64,000 nucleotides of DNA from an uncultured bacterium (GCA_913050175.1 CAJXAF010000001.1:1126-65125), one strand, 5' to 3'. Counted from the first letter of the stretch, positions 37,577 through 46,863 are shown. The notes: a model not told the origin generated them from the letters alone. Program-made: numbers and translations.

Positions 37577-39175
37577 ATGAAAAATTTCTACGATAAGGTT
37601 TCTTTAGCTTTAAAAGAAATTTTAAATAAAGATTTCGATATTGAGCTTAATCCGCCTTTATGGGAATTGCCCCAACGTCTTGAATTTGGTGACCTATCTT
37701 CAATGGTGGCCTTAAGGTTGGCTTCAAAACTTAAAGAAGATCCTCTTCAAATTGCCGGTAAAATTAAATTAAGATTAGCTGAGGTGTTGGTAGGGTCGGT
37801 TAAAGATATAGAAGTCCTAAAACCAGGCTTTATAAATATATTTATTTCAGTCGACGTATTAAAAGATTCTTTAAATGAAGTTCTAGAGAAGGAATCAGAT
37901 TTTTTCCGTCACAATTTTAGGAAAAAAGTACTTATTGAATTCTTGAGCGCAAATCCTACGGGACCGCTTTCTATAGCTCATGGACGTCAGGCTGTCGTTG
38001 GTGATTCGGTTGCTAAGGTTTTAGAATTTTGCGGAAACACAGTCGAAAGAGAATACTACTTAAATGATGCCGGAAGGCAGATTGAACTTTTTAAAGAGTC
38101 ATTGCTAGTTCGTTTAGGTCAGCTTAAAGGTGAGGATGTAGCTTTGTCTGAAGGCGGCTATAAGGGCCAATATATAGAGGATATAGCGAAAAAGTATTTA
38201 GAAGAGAAAAAAACTTCTGATATATCAAAATTCGGCATTGGAACTATGATTGATCTTATAAAAGAAGATTTAAAAAATCTCGGGATAAAGAAGTTCGATA
38301 AGTGGTTTAGCCAAAAAGAAATTATTAACAATAAGACTGTAGAAGCAGCTATTAAGGATTTAAAAGCCAAAGATCTTATTTATGAGAAAGATGGCGCCCT
38401 CTGGTTTTCGGCAACTAAATTCGGAGATGATAAAGACAGGGTTATTAAGAAGGCTGACGGAGAGCTAACTTACTTTGCTTCTGATATTGCCTATCATCGG
38501 GATAAAGCCAAACGTAAATTTGGCCAGTTGATAAATCTCTGGGGTCCTGACCATCACGGCTATATAAAAAGAGTTAAGACAGCACTCACAGCCCTTGGTT
38601 TTAAAGAGGAAATCTTAAAAGTTATCATTATTCAATTAGTAACCCTTAAGACTAAAGAGCGTATGTCAAAACGAGCCGGTACTTTTGTTTTGCTTTCAGA
38701 GTTAATTAATAATGTCGGTAAAGATGCGACACGATTTTATTATCTTATGAGAAAAAACTCATCCCATCTTGAGTTTGATATTGATTTAGCCAAGCAAACA
38801 TCTTTTGACAATCCCTTATACTATATCCAATATGTTTGTGCCCGGATAAATAGTATTTTTACGAAGGCAGAAATTGCCTCTTTTGACCAAAATTATACCC
38901 AGTATTTGAGTAAGGAGGAGGAGTTTGATCTCCTAAGAACCTTATTACAGTTCTCTTATTGTCTTGAAAAAGCATACTATTCTCTAGAGCCGGTTTTTAT
39001 TATTGAATTCTTAAAAAATTTAGCTTCTGCTTTTCATAAATTTTATGAAAAGGTAAAGGTTATAGATAAGGATAATAATCTCACCCTGGCTCGCAGCAAT
39101 CTCCTAAAGGCAGTTTTAATTGTTTTTCACAGTGGTTTAAATTTGTTGGGGATTAAGCCGGTTGAGAAGATGTAA
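37577..39175 (+). CDS. argS: Arginine--tRNA ligase
   Basis: Class I aaRS; SANPTGPLSIAHGR (HIGH-region equivalent) and C-terminal DALR anticodon-binding region. Confidence 0.9.
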   Translation: MKNFYDKVSLALKEILNKDFDIELNPPLWELPQRLEFGDLSSMVALRLASKLKEDPLQIAGKIKLRLAEVLVGSVKDIEVLKPGFINIFISVDVLKDSLNEVLEKESDFFRHNFRKKVLIEFLSANPTGPLSIAHGRQAVVGDSVAKVLEFCGNTVEREYYLNDAGRQIELFKESLLVRLGQLKGEDVALSEGGYKGQYIEDIAKKYLEEKKTSDISKFGIGTMIDLIKEDLKNLGIKKFDKWFSQKEIINNKTVEAAIKDLKAKDLIYEKDGALWFSATKFGDDKDRVIKKADGELTYFASDIAYHRDKAKRKFGQLINLWGPDHHGYIKRVKTALTALGFKEEILKVIIIQLVTLKTKERMSKRAGTFVLLSELINNVGKDATRFYYLMRKNSSHLEFDIDLAKQTSFDNPLYYIQYVCARINSIFTKAEIASFDQNYTQYLSKEEEFDLLRTLLQFSYCLEKAYYSLEPVFIIEFLKNLASAFHKFYEKVKVIDKDNNLTLARSNLLKAVLIVFHSGLNLLGIKPVEKM

Positions 39176-39197
39176 TGTTTATTATAATAAAACTTAT

Positions 39198-40868
39198 ATG
39201 AAAAGACGACTCTGGAAAGTTAAACAATTAAGTCTTAAGGTTAAAGAAATTGCTGCTAAGAAAAATATGCCGGCCTACCTGGTGCAAGTTTTAATTAACC
39301 GCAGTATAAAACCAGATGATTTTAACTCATTTTTGAATCCAGATATTAAGAATTTACACTCTCCTTTTTTACTCCCCGACATGGAAAGAGCAGTTAAGCG
39401 AATAGAAAAGGCAGTTAGTAATAAGGAAAAAGTACTTATCTTTGGTGATTATGATGTTGACGGAGTTACTTCCTTAGCAATATTTAATCATTTTGCCCAA
39501 AAGTTTCCCGATGTTTTTAGTTTTTATATTCCTCATCGCATAAAAGAAGGTTACGGGTTAAATTCAGAAGCTATTTTAGCAGCTAAAGAGGAAGGCGTAA
39601 GCTTGCTTATAACTTTTGATTGTGGCAGTAATGCCTATGTAGAGGTGTCACTGGCTAACTCTTTAAATATAGATACTATCGTTGTTGATCATCACACCTT
39701 AGGAGACCAAACTTTACCTGCCTATGCTTTTATTAATCCCCAAAGAGAGGAGTCAAAATATCCTTTCAAATATTTAAGTTCAGGAGCCCTATCTTTTAAA
39801 GTGCTCCAAGCCTTATCAGGCAGTGAGGCTTATCAAGCTTTGGACCTGGTTGTATTATCACTAGTTTGCGATATATCGCCTCTGATTGGAGAGAATAGGT
39901 TGTTATTAAAGGAGGGCCTTTCTTTGATCAAAAAGAGCTCTAGAATGGCCATAAAAGCTCTATGTAAGGTAGCGAAAATAAAACAGGCTAATATCGATAT
40001 ATTTCATATCGGTTATATTATTGGTCCGCGAATTAATGCTTCTGGCCGAGTTGCCCACGGCCAACAGTCGTTAGATCTTTTTTTAAGCCAAGATCCTAAG
40101 CAAGTCGAGAGCTTAGCTAATCAACTCGGTGAATATAATATCTTAAGAAGAAATATTGAATCTCAAATTTTAAAAGAAGCTGAGCAAAAAATTCAAGATA
40201 GCCTGGGTAGTAGTAATTCAATAGTTGTAAGTGGTGATGGTTGGCATCCCGGTGTTTTAGGTATTGTAGCTTCTCGTTTAGCTGTTAAGTATAGCCGGCC
40301 TTCTTTTGTTATTTCTTTTGATAAGGAAAAAGGCGTTGGTTCCGGACGTTCAGTTGGTGGTTTGCATTTAATTGAGATATTGGATAAGTGTGCTGATTCA
40401 CTTATTTCTTACGGTGGACATAAAAAAGCAGCCGGGGTACATATTAACCGCCAAGGTTTAGAAGTATTTAAAGAGAAGATTAATTCAATTATTGAAGAGG
40501 ATGTTAAGCCTAAAGATTTTATTCCTATTCTTGATATTGATACTGAAATAAACTTTGATGATATTGATATAAATTTGGCTGAAGGGATTGAAATGCTTAA
40601 ACCTTACGGGGAAGGCAACTCTAAACCGCTCTTTGTCTCCTACGGTCTTAGTAAGAAAAGCCCGATTAAAAAGATAAGATACGGCTATTCTCTCTGGCTG
40701 ACTAATGGCAAAAAAACCTTTGAAGGTTTGGTTTCCAGTAAGGATCTTGTTGAGATCCTTGAATATGGGAGCCAGCTAGATATAGTTTTTTCTCTGGCCA
40801 CTAATACTTACCACAATATACCAAGATTAGAGATTAAGGATTGTAGACTCGCAGATTCTTTGAATTGA
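39198..40868 (+). CDS. recJ: Single-stranded-DNA-specific exonuclease RecJ
   Basis: DHH motifs (IFGDYDVDGVTS…VVDHH…) and DHHA1 (…GGHKKAAG…); start set at Met 39198 (MKRRLWKV…) rather than track start that overlaps argS. Confidence 0.88.
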   Translation: MKRRLWKVKQLSLKVKEIAAKKNMPAYLVQVLINRSIKPDDFNSFLNPDIKNLHSPFLLPDMERAVKRIEKAVSNKEKVLIFGDYDVDGVTSLAIFNHFAQKFPDVFSFYIPHRIKEGYGLNSEAILAAKEEGVSLLITFDCGSNAYVEVSLANSLNIDTIVVDHHTLGDQTLPAYAFINPQREESKYPFKYLSSGALSFKVLQALSGSEAYQALDLVVLSLVCDISPLIGENRLLLKEGLSLIKKSSRMAIKALCKVAKIKQANIDIFHIGYIIGPRINASGRVAHGQQSLDLFLSQDPKQVESLANQLGEYNILRRNIESQILKEAEQKIQDSLGSSNSIVVSGDGWHPGVLGIVASRLAVKYSRPSFVISFDKEKGVGSGRSVGGLHLIEILDKCADSLISYGGHKKAAGVHINRQGLEVFKEKINSIIEEDVKPKDFIPILDIDTEINFDDIDINLAEGIEMLKPYGEGNSKPLFVSYGLSKKSPIKKIRYGYSLWLTNGKKTFEGLVSSKDLVEILEYGSQLDIVFSLATNTYHNIPRLEIKDCRLADSLN

Positions 40869-40894
40869 ACTTTTAATCAGGTTGGTTTTGGGTT

Positions 40895-41149
40895 CTAGTT
40901 AGATAAAGAAGCAGTCTTTTTTACCGGAATGGGTAATTTTCCGCTTTTGATGCACTTTGCGCAGACCAGTGATTTCTTTACCTTGCCGTTGACAAGTATT
41001 CTTTTTACTTGAAGGTTGGGCAGGAATCTTCTCTTGGTTACACCTGTAGTTTTAAGGCCTACTCCGCCTTTTTTCTTAGGCAAACCTCTTCTGGCAATAG
41101 AATTGCCGGTTATAGATTTTTTACCACAAAAGTCACATCTTCTACTCAT
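40895..41149 (-). CDS. rpmB: 50S ribosomal protein L28
   Basis: MSRRCDFCGKKSITGNSIARRGLPKKKGGVGLKTTGVTKRRFLPNLQ… matches L28 (MSR.C..tGK….GN..SHA…TKRRF.PNL); the 20 extra N-terminal codons of the track ORF are not L28. Confidence 0.85.
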   Translation of the reverse strand: MSRRCDFCGKKSITGNSIARRGLPKKKGGVGLKTTGVTKRRFLPNLQVKRILVNGKVKKSLVCAKCIKSGKLPIPVKKTASLSN

Positions 41150-41159
41150 AGTGAGAGCT

Positions 41160-41187
41160 AGTATAATGATAAAATATTTATTGTCAA
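41160..41187 (-). promoter_or_regulatory. Putative rpmB promoter TTGACA-16-TATACT (minus strand) ending ~10 nt before the ATG (near-leaderless transcript)
   Basis: Reverse complement of 41160-41187 reads ttgaca ataaatattttatcat tatact; no SD between -10 and ATG. Confidence 0.4.
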
Positions 41188-41344
41188 GGAAAAATATTGT
41201 TGGCGGCAATTAGTTCTAAAAATTACCCCATATATAGGTTCATAGGGGATAATCCTATACTATATATAGGAAAAAGCTTGAGTTTCTTGAAAGGAGTAGC
41301 ATTTTATGTTATACATGACTTGTAATTGTTCTTTGAGTTATATA

Positions 41345-41519
41345 TATTGGGCGAAAAGGCAAAACGCCTGAAAAGGCGTTACGGCACACCAGATTTTTAG
41401 TGTGCCCTCATATTTTATATGAGGCAAAACTTAAGAACCTAAGGTCGAAAAGACTAAGGCAGTCAGTTATCGAATCATTTCTTCTTACTACCTATGGTCT
41501 TATGCTATAGGTTTTTTTA
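41345..41519 (+). ncRNA. Candidate structured small RNA / leader with intrinsic terminator (no ORF)
   Basis: Consecutive hairpins: cgcct-GAAA-aggcg (GNRA tetraloop, 41365-41378), ggcacac/gtgtgcc 7-bp stem (41383-41406), cctcata/tatgagg 7-bp stem (41406-41424). Terminal hairpin cctatgg…ctatagg + T8 (41491-41519). Possible promoter ttgaaa-17-tataca at 41287-41315. Confidence 0.35.
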
Positions 41520-41627
41520 TTTCCAGGGGCTTATTTAAGTTAAGATAAGTTTGTGGCTTATATAAATTTAGTTTACCGGTGGTTTTCTCAAAGAGAGGTC
41601 AAAATGAGTAAAAACGGAGGTGACAAA

Positions 41628-41987
41628 ATGAAGCGTATAATTTTTGGTCTACTAATTATGCTTTTAAGCTTTCCTTTGCTGACTATGGCTGATGAGCACC
41701 AAGTGAGACAAGCAGACCCGGCAAGTAAACTCGCCTATGGTATAACAGAAGTTGCTTTTAGCTGGACTGAGATACCACAGTCAATTTACTACTATTCCAA
41801 GAAACATGATCCGATCAGTGGACTTTTTCTAGGTGTGGCCGAGGGTACTGTTTTAGGTCTTAGAGATGTGGTTGAAGGTACAATTGATACAACCTTCTTT
41901 TTGTTGCCACCATATAAGACTAAAGGAAAAAGCTTTTTTGAGAAATTAAAAGATTGGGATGATAACGTATCCGATCATCTTTGGTAA
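41628..41987 (+). CDS. Hypothetical secreted protein
   Basis: Start chosen at ATG 41628 (SD ggagg 7 nt upstream) giving signal peptide MKRIIFGLLIMLLSFPLLTMA; track start (GTG 41553) lies inside the terminator of the upstream RNA. Confidence 0.5.
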   Translation: MKRIIFGLLIMLLSFPLLTMADEHQVRQADPASKLAYGITEVAFSWTEIPQSIYYYSKKHDPISGLFLGVAEGTVLGLRDVVEGTIDTTFFLLPPYKTKGKSFFEKLKDWDDNVSDHLW

Positions 41988-42024
41988 GCATATTTGATTC
42001 TTTTATAAATTAGACTCATGTCTG

Positions 42025-42060
42025 GGGTGGAAGTTTTTTAATAAAGCTTCCACCCTTTTT
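42025..42060. terminator. Bidirectional intrinsic terminator between convergent genes
   Basis: 9-bp perfect stem gggtggaag/cttccaccc flanked by A-run and T-run. Confidence 0.7.
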
Positions 42061-42065
42061 AATTA

Positions 42066-43184
42066 TTACTTTAGTAGTTTTAGGCCGGTAGCCCCAACAG
42101 TTATAAAAAATATTGGCGCCATCCAAGCACTAAGGAAAGGTATGAGAATGCCTGATTTTCCCAGGGCAACACTAAAAGAAAGAAGAGCAAAGTAGATCAG
42201 ACTAAATACAAAGCCGATACCTAAAGAAGAAAGAGCAGCTTTTCTCTTTTTAACTTGAAGGGCCAGAGGAAGAATGCCGATAACCAGAAAAAAACAAGTA
42301 AAAGGTTCTACAATTTTATTGTAGTAATCAACGATTAAATCTGCCAATTGCTTGCTTCCGCTAACTCTTTTTAAGCTATTGATTCTTTTTCGTAAGCTGT
42401 GAAGTGAAGAGAACTTTGCCAGGTAGCTTTTTTTCAAGATTAACTCATTAGGTTTATCTTTAAGAGGCATTTTTTTACTAGCAAATATCTCTGCCTGAGA
42501 ACTTATTTTTCCTTCCTCGTCAAAGCCATATTCAATTATGTCTTTTCCTATCCAAAATCCGTATTCGTAAACTATTTTGCTACAAACCATCTTTTTTACA
42601 ATATTGCGATTGGAATCCTCCTGAAAAATAAGTACATTCTTTAAAGTTTTTTCTGCCGGTGAGTATGCCCGGGCAAAGTAAATCATATCACCTGAGACAA
42701 AGGCTAATTTTTTTTCCTCGCCAAAGTTAGATTTTTTCTTAATGAATTGAGTTTTGATATCTTCAACTCTTTTTTGTGAATGAATAAGTACTTTCTCCTG
42801 GAGAAACAATAGGCTGCAGGATATAGCCAGGGCAAATACTATTACCGGTTTAGCAATCTTCATAACACTGAGTCCTGAAGCGCGAAGACTGACTATTTCG
42901 TTATTTTTATTTAATTCGCCAAAAGTGTAAAGGGTGCCTATTAGTATTGCAAAAGGGCTTACTCGCAAGATTATTAAAGGCAGGGATTGGAGATAAAACT
43001 CACCGATAATATCCAAGGGAGTTTTAGCCTTAATTATATGAGAAAGATTTGAGAAGAGGTCAATTATCAAATAAAGTCCTACAAATAATAAGAGAATAAA
43101 AAAGTAGGCGCTAGCAATATTTTTTGTTATGTATTTATCCAGTATTCGCATGTCTAAAAAATAGATAAAAGCCAATAGCGGCAA
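42066..43184 (-). CDS. lptG: LptF/LptG-family LPS export permease (second gene of pair)
   Basis: MRILDKYITKNIASAYFFILLLFVGLYLIIDLF… YjgP/YjgQ family topology (TM-periplasmic β-jellyroll-TM); overlaps upstream paralog by 50 nt. Confidence 0.75.
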   Translation of the reverse strand: MPLLAFIYFLDMRILDKYITKNIASAYFFILLLFVGLYLIIDLFSNLSHIIKAKTPLDIIGEFYLQSLPLIILRVSPFAILIGTLYTFGELNKNNEIVSLRASGLSVMKIAKPVIVFALAISCSLLFLQEKVLIHSQKRVEDIKTQFIKKKSNFGEEKKLAFVSGDMIYFARAYSPAEKTLKNVLIFQEDSNRNIVKKMVCSKIVYEYGFWIGKDIIEYGFDEEGKISSQAEIFASKKMPLKDKPNELILKKSYLAKFSSLHSLRKRINSLKRVSGSKQLADLIVDYYNKIVEPFTCFFLVIGILPLALQVKKRKAALSSLGIGFVFSLIYFALLSFSVALGKSGILIPFLSAWMAPIFFITVGATGLKLLK

Positions 43185-44241
43185 TAATGAAATTAGGCAT
43201 CCACATTCCCAGCCAGGTTGCTATGTACTCATGTTCTATGAGTACGGTCCCTAGAAACCAGAGTAAATAATACAGGCCAAAGCCTAATATGGCAAGGAGT
43301 AGATTTACTGATCTTTCCCGGTGTTTAACCAAAAGAGATACGCCAAAGCCTAAGATAATAAATACTATAATTGAAAAGGGAAGGCTTATTCTTTCATGTA
43401 GTTCCCGGCGTAATTCCAAGGGTTCGTAAGGTGAATCTAGGCCTAAGTTTTTTAAGTATATTATTTTTTCTTTTAACTCCTTGATGCTCATATCAGTAGG
43501 TTTTTTACGAATCTTTCCTTTTTCTTTTTTATGAATAGGGATATCCATAAAGAATACTTTGAAATTAAGCCGGTAGAGCTCTTTACCCTTTGATGTTGAA
43601 GCCTCATCCCGGAAACCATCTTCTAATTTTATCTTTAGAATATCGCCATCACGTATAAATTCACCGCGTTTGGCAAAAATCACCTTGTTGGTATCAGAAG
43701 TCTCGCTAAGTTCATAGATGAAGACGTTTTTAAGTTTATTTTCATCATATTTATCTGAGACATAGAGGACGTATTTTTCAAAATTTTCTAAAAATACCCC
43801 TGGTTCTATTAAAGAGGATATGTTTTTAAAGATAAAAGTCTTCTTTCCTTTTTGATACCGGTAATGGAAATCGGGAATTACCTTGTCATTTAAGATAAAT
43901 AAGAGTAATGAGAATATGAATCCGACGATCAGAAAGATATTTAAAATTTTCATCAGGCTTATGCCGGCAACTCTAATTGCAGTCAATTCGTTATCAGCAA
44001 TTAAACGGCCCATAACCAGGAGTACGCCAAATAAAAAAGATATAGGAATTATGTATTTTAATAAGACCGGAGCATGAAAGAGAAATATTTTCATGGCATC
44101 AAAGAAGTTGACGCCTTTTCTGATTATCATATCAGTAATCGGAACCATGTTTCCCATTAGCATGACCATTGCTGTGAGAAGAAAGGAGAAGAGGGAGACT
44201 GAGACAAAATCTTTAAGAATATAATTTCTAAGTATTTTCAT
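43135..44241 (-). CDS. lptF: LptF/LptG-family LPS export permease (first gene of pair)
   Basis: MKILRNYILKDFVSVSLFSFLLTAMVMLM… same family; tandem pair typical of lptFG. Confidence 0.75.
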   Translation of the reverse strand: MKILRNYILKDFVSVSLFSFLLTAMVMLMGNMVPITDMIIRKGVNFFDAMKIFLFHAPVLLKYIIPISFLFGVLLVMGRLIADNELTAIRVAGISLMKILNIFLIVGFIFSLLLFILNDKVIPDFHYRYQKGKKTFIFKNISSLIEPGVFLENFEKYVLYVSDKYDENKLKNVFIYELSETSDTNKVIFAKRGEFIRDGDILKIKLEDGFRDEASTSKGKELYRLNFKVFFMDIPIHKKEKGKIRKKPTDMSIKELKEKIIYLKNLGLDSPYEPLELRRELHERISLPFSIIVFIILGFGVSLLVKHRERSVNLLLAILGFGLYYLLWFLGTVLIEHEYIATWLGMWMPNFIIAAIGFYLFFRHANTG

Positions 44242-44247
44242 ATTTCT

Positions 44248-44910
44248 TTATGTTCTGGTAATTGTTTTTGCCAGAGTTAATACAGAAACACTTCCTGCTT
44301 GTTTTTCCTTTAGGGCCATGCTGGCGAAATATGCGGTTGATCCGGTTGTAAAAATATCGTCTATTAGGAGTACTCTTTGCCCCTTTAATGATTTTGTTGC
44401 CAGGAAAGCACCTTTTACATTTTCTTTTCTCTGAGAAAAAGATAGCCTGGTTTGAGAGGGCTTATTTATTATAAGTCGTATTATATCATTGCCAAGAGGT
44501 ATTTTAAACTGTTTTGACAACAATTGGGCCAGCAGCTGGGATTGGTTATAACCCCTTGATTTTAGCTTATAGGCGTGCATGGGTACAGAAACTATCAAAT
44601 CATAATTTAGAAAATTAAACTTTATTTTACTAAGATGGCTAACCATTATCTTGGTAAAGAAGCCAGCTAGAAAATCGTATTTTTTATACTTAAAAAACCC
44701 TATTAAATCTATGAGTGGTTGTTTGTAGGCTGTAGTGCTTATGACTAAATCGTAGGGGAAAGATATGCTTGAACATTTTCGACAAATTTTCTGCCTGTTT
44801 AACTTAAGTGGCTTTGAACAAAACTTACATAGGGGAGGATAGAGAAAGTATATTTTTTTAAAACAATCTGGGCAGAGAGGTTTGCTTTTAGCTTTTCTAT
44901 CACAAATCAA
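44248..44910 (-). CDS. comF: ComF-family protein (zinc ribbon + phosphoribosyltransferase domain)
   Basis: N-terminal CPDC…C…C zinc ribbon and C-terminal PRTase motif VLLIDDIFTTGSTA. Confidence 0.8.
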   Translation of the reverse strand: MICDRKAKSKPLCPDCFKKIYFLYPPLCKFCSKPLKLNRQKICRKCSSISFPYDLVISTTAYKQPLIDLIGFFKYKKYDFLAGFFTKIMVSHLSKIKFNFLNYDLIVSVPMHAYKLKSRGYNQSQLLAQLLSKQFKIPLGNDIIRLIINKPSQTRLSFSQRKENVKGAFLATKSLKGQRVLLIDDIFTTGSTAYFASMALKEKQAGSVSVLTLAKTITRT

Positions 44911-45089
44911 ACAAAGATTGGGGAATAAGACGTTACCTAGGGCCTTAATATACCTTTTTAAGGTGAAAGATTTTATAATTTTATTTTCTTCCTTGTAAAG
45001 ATACTATGAATATATAGAATATATATAATATACTATCATTTTAATTAAAATTTAATACCTAATTAATTGACCTGCTATTTCTTTTATGA

Positions 45090-45134
45090 TACCATGGTTT
45101 TATGGTACTTACCGTAACTACAGTAAATACGGTA
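45090..45134. promoter_or_regulatory. Two adjacent palindromes (TACCAT-N6-ATGGTA and TACCGTA-N11-TACGGTA) upstream of the HTH gene: candidate operator
   Basis: Perfect inverted repeats at 45090-45107 and 45110-45134, 40-85 nt upstream of the 45176 start. Confidence 0.4.
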
Positions 45135-45175
45135 ATTGAAGATTAGAGTATTTTTTTAAGAAAAGAGAGCAAGCA

Positions 45176-45424
45176 ATGGCAAGTCAAAGCAATAACCATA
45201 ACAATAAAATGATTTCTGCCAGAGATATCATGACCCAGTATGACGTTACCTATCAAACTGTTAACCACTATACAGATTTTGGCCTTCTTACAGTCAAAGC
45301 AAAAAGAGGAAATGTCAGATTTTACGATAAGATTCTAGTTAAAGAACGGATGCAGAAAATAAGGCTTTTTATTGAAGAGGGGTACTCTCTTCGTCTAATA
45401 CGTAAGAAATTAATTGGAATTTAA
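45176..45424 (+). CDS. Small MerR/excisionase-like HTH DNA-binding protein
   Basis: 82 aa; ISARDIMTQYDVTYQTVNHYTDFGLL…RGNVRFYD resembles MerR-superfamily/Xis-type winged HTH. Confidence 0.5.
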   Translation: MASQSNNHNNKMISARDIMTQYDVTYQTVNHYTDFGLLTVKAKRGNVRFYDKILVKERMQKIRLFIEEGYSLRLIRKKLIGI

Positions 45425-45450
45425 GGGCTTTTTAAAAAAGAGAGTGGAAG

Positions 45451-46332
45451 ATGAGTTATTTTAAAATTTTAGGATTTGAAAAGGAACCATTTTCAACTAG
45501 TCCGGACCCTGATTTTTTATATTTAGCCAAGGATCACGATACAGTTTTAATGAACACCTTAATTGAGTTGCGTTTGCGCCGGGGCTTAAGCGTGATTTTA
45601 GGTGATGTCGGTACAGGCAAGACTACCCTTTCCCGTAAACTCATTCAAGAGCTTAAAGACAGAGAAGATTTTATCTTTCACATGGTTTTAGATCCATCTT
45701 TTTCAGATGAGCATTCCTTCCTTGATTATTTAGCCAGGAGTCTTGATATACCAACTCAAGGCCTATCGTCAGCTGTAGCCTTAAGAGATACTTTAGAAAA
45801 ATATTTATTCCAAAAAGGGGTAATTGAAGGCAAGATTGTTGTTTTGATAATAGATGAGGCCCAGAAATTAAACGAAACATCTTTAGAGATGTTAAGGGTT
45901 CTGTTTAATTATGAGACTAATGAATTTAAGTTAATTCAAATAGTTCTCCTAGGACAGCTGGAACTACACTCAAAGATTATTGATATTGCTAATTTTTTTG
46001 ATCGGATAAGCTTTAAATACACACTCAATCCTTTAAGTAAGGAAGAGACTAAGGAGATGATTGAGTTTCGAATCAAAAAAGCAGGTTATAAATCAAGCAT
46101 GCACTTATTTTTGGATGAAGCCATCAGCGAAGTTTATCAGGCCAGTAAGGGTTATCCCCGACGCATAACTATGCTTTGCCATAGGTTGCTCAAAGAGCTT
46201 ATTTTAAAAAACAAGGTTGTTGTCGATGCCAACTTTGTAAAAAGCATTATTCGTAAAGATATTCAATCTGGTTGGCACCACGATGATGCTTTAAATAGGG
46301 AACAGGCCTTGGTTTATCAATTTCAAAGATGA
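45451..46332 (+). CDS. ExeA/TniB-like AAA+ ATPase (type II secretion GspA / MshM-like, ATPase domain only)
   Basis: Walker A LGDVGTGKTTLSRKL, Walker B VVLIIDEAQKL, sensor region; ~290 aa typical of ExeA N-domain. Confidence 0.7.
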   Translation: MSYFKILGFEKEPFSTSPDPDFLYLAKDHDTVLMNTLIELRLRRGLSVILGDVGTGKTTLSRKLIQELKDREDFIFHMVLDPSFSDEHSFLDYLARSLDIPTQGLSSAVALRDTLEKYLFQKGVIEGKIVVLIIDEAQKLNETSLEMLRVLFNYETNEFKLIQIVLLGQLELHSKIIDIANFFDRISFKYTLNPLSKEETKEMIEFRIKKAGYKSSMHLFLDEAISEVYQASKGYPRRITMLCHRLLKELILKNKVVVDANFVKSIIRKDIQSGWHHDDALNREQALVYQFQR

Positions 46333-46421
46333 TTATTGAAAATCACAAAGGAGTTTTGTCTGTAGATAGTGAGTCGGGTAAAGGAACAGTGGTAAGGATT
46401 ATTTTACCTTTAATAAGGTGA
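46299..46421 (+). pseudogene. Vestigial C-terminal ~40 aa of a sensor histidine kinase (G2 box to end), no upstream catalytic core
   Basis: Frame opens right after a stop at 46296-98 and encodes GTGLGLSISKMIIENHKGVLSVDSESGKGTVVRIILPLIR*. This is the canonical HATPase_c G2 box (GTGLGLSI) and terminal β-strands; N, G1 and F boxes are absent in all frames. Confidence 0.6.
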
Positions 46422-46466
46422 ACTGATTAGTTTTTGTCAAAATGTTTATTCAAAAGGAGGTGGCTT

Positions 46467-46841
46467 ATGCGTACCGTACTGATAATTGATGATGAAGAAG
46501 ATTTAACATTTTTTGTAAAAGCAAACCTTGAATTATCGGGAGAGTACAAGGTAATAATTGCCAATAATGGCAGGGATGGCATCAAAGCGGCCGAACACCT
46601 TAAGCCTGATGTTGTTCTTTTAGACATCATGATGCCTCAGATGGATGGCCTTGAAGTTTTAGCTAAATTAAAAAAATCAATTAAAACACTATCCATTCCC
46701 GTAGTTATGCTTTCAGCTAAGGGAGATGATGAGTCTAAGGTTTATGCTGCCAGCTCTTATAACGAAGACTACATTGTAAAGCCAGTACAGATTGAATTTT
46801 TAAAAGAAAAGCTAGATCAAGTCTTAGGCTTGAGAGAATAG
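46467..46841 (+). CDS. Stand-alone response-regulator receiver (CheY-like)
   Basis: MRTVLIIDDEEDLTFFVKANLELSGEYKV…DVVLLDIMMPQMDGLEVL…LSAKGD; start set at ATG 46467 after SD aaaggagg. Confidence 0.85.
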   Translation: MRTVLIIDDEEDLTFFVKANLELSGEYKVIIANNGRDGIKAAEHLKPDVVLLDIMMPQMDGLEVLAKLKKSIKTLSIPVVMLSAKGDDESKVYAASSYNEDYIVKPVQIEFLKEKLDQVLGLRE

Positions 46842-46863
46842 TTTTAAGATAAAAAAGAGTTTT

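Noticed and set aside
39162-39197. ORF-track start of recJ overlapping argS
   Set aside because: An internal Met at 39198 gives the typical RecJ N-terminus; the upstream codons overlap the argS stop and lack an RBS.
41016-41213. 65-aa + strand ORF antisense to rpmB, and the 20-codon N-terminal extension of the rpmB ORF (41150-41209)
   Set aside because: Antisense to a conserved ribosomal protein gene. The extension is not part of L28 and contains the likely rpmB promoter.
46434-46466. ORF-track start of the REC gene at 46434 (MSKCLFKRRWL…)
   Set aside because: The extension overlaps the HK remnant; a strong SD (aaaggagg) precedes Met 46467, which begins the canonical REC fold.
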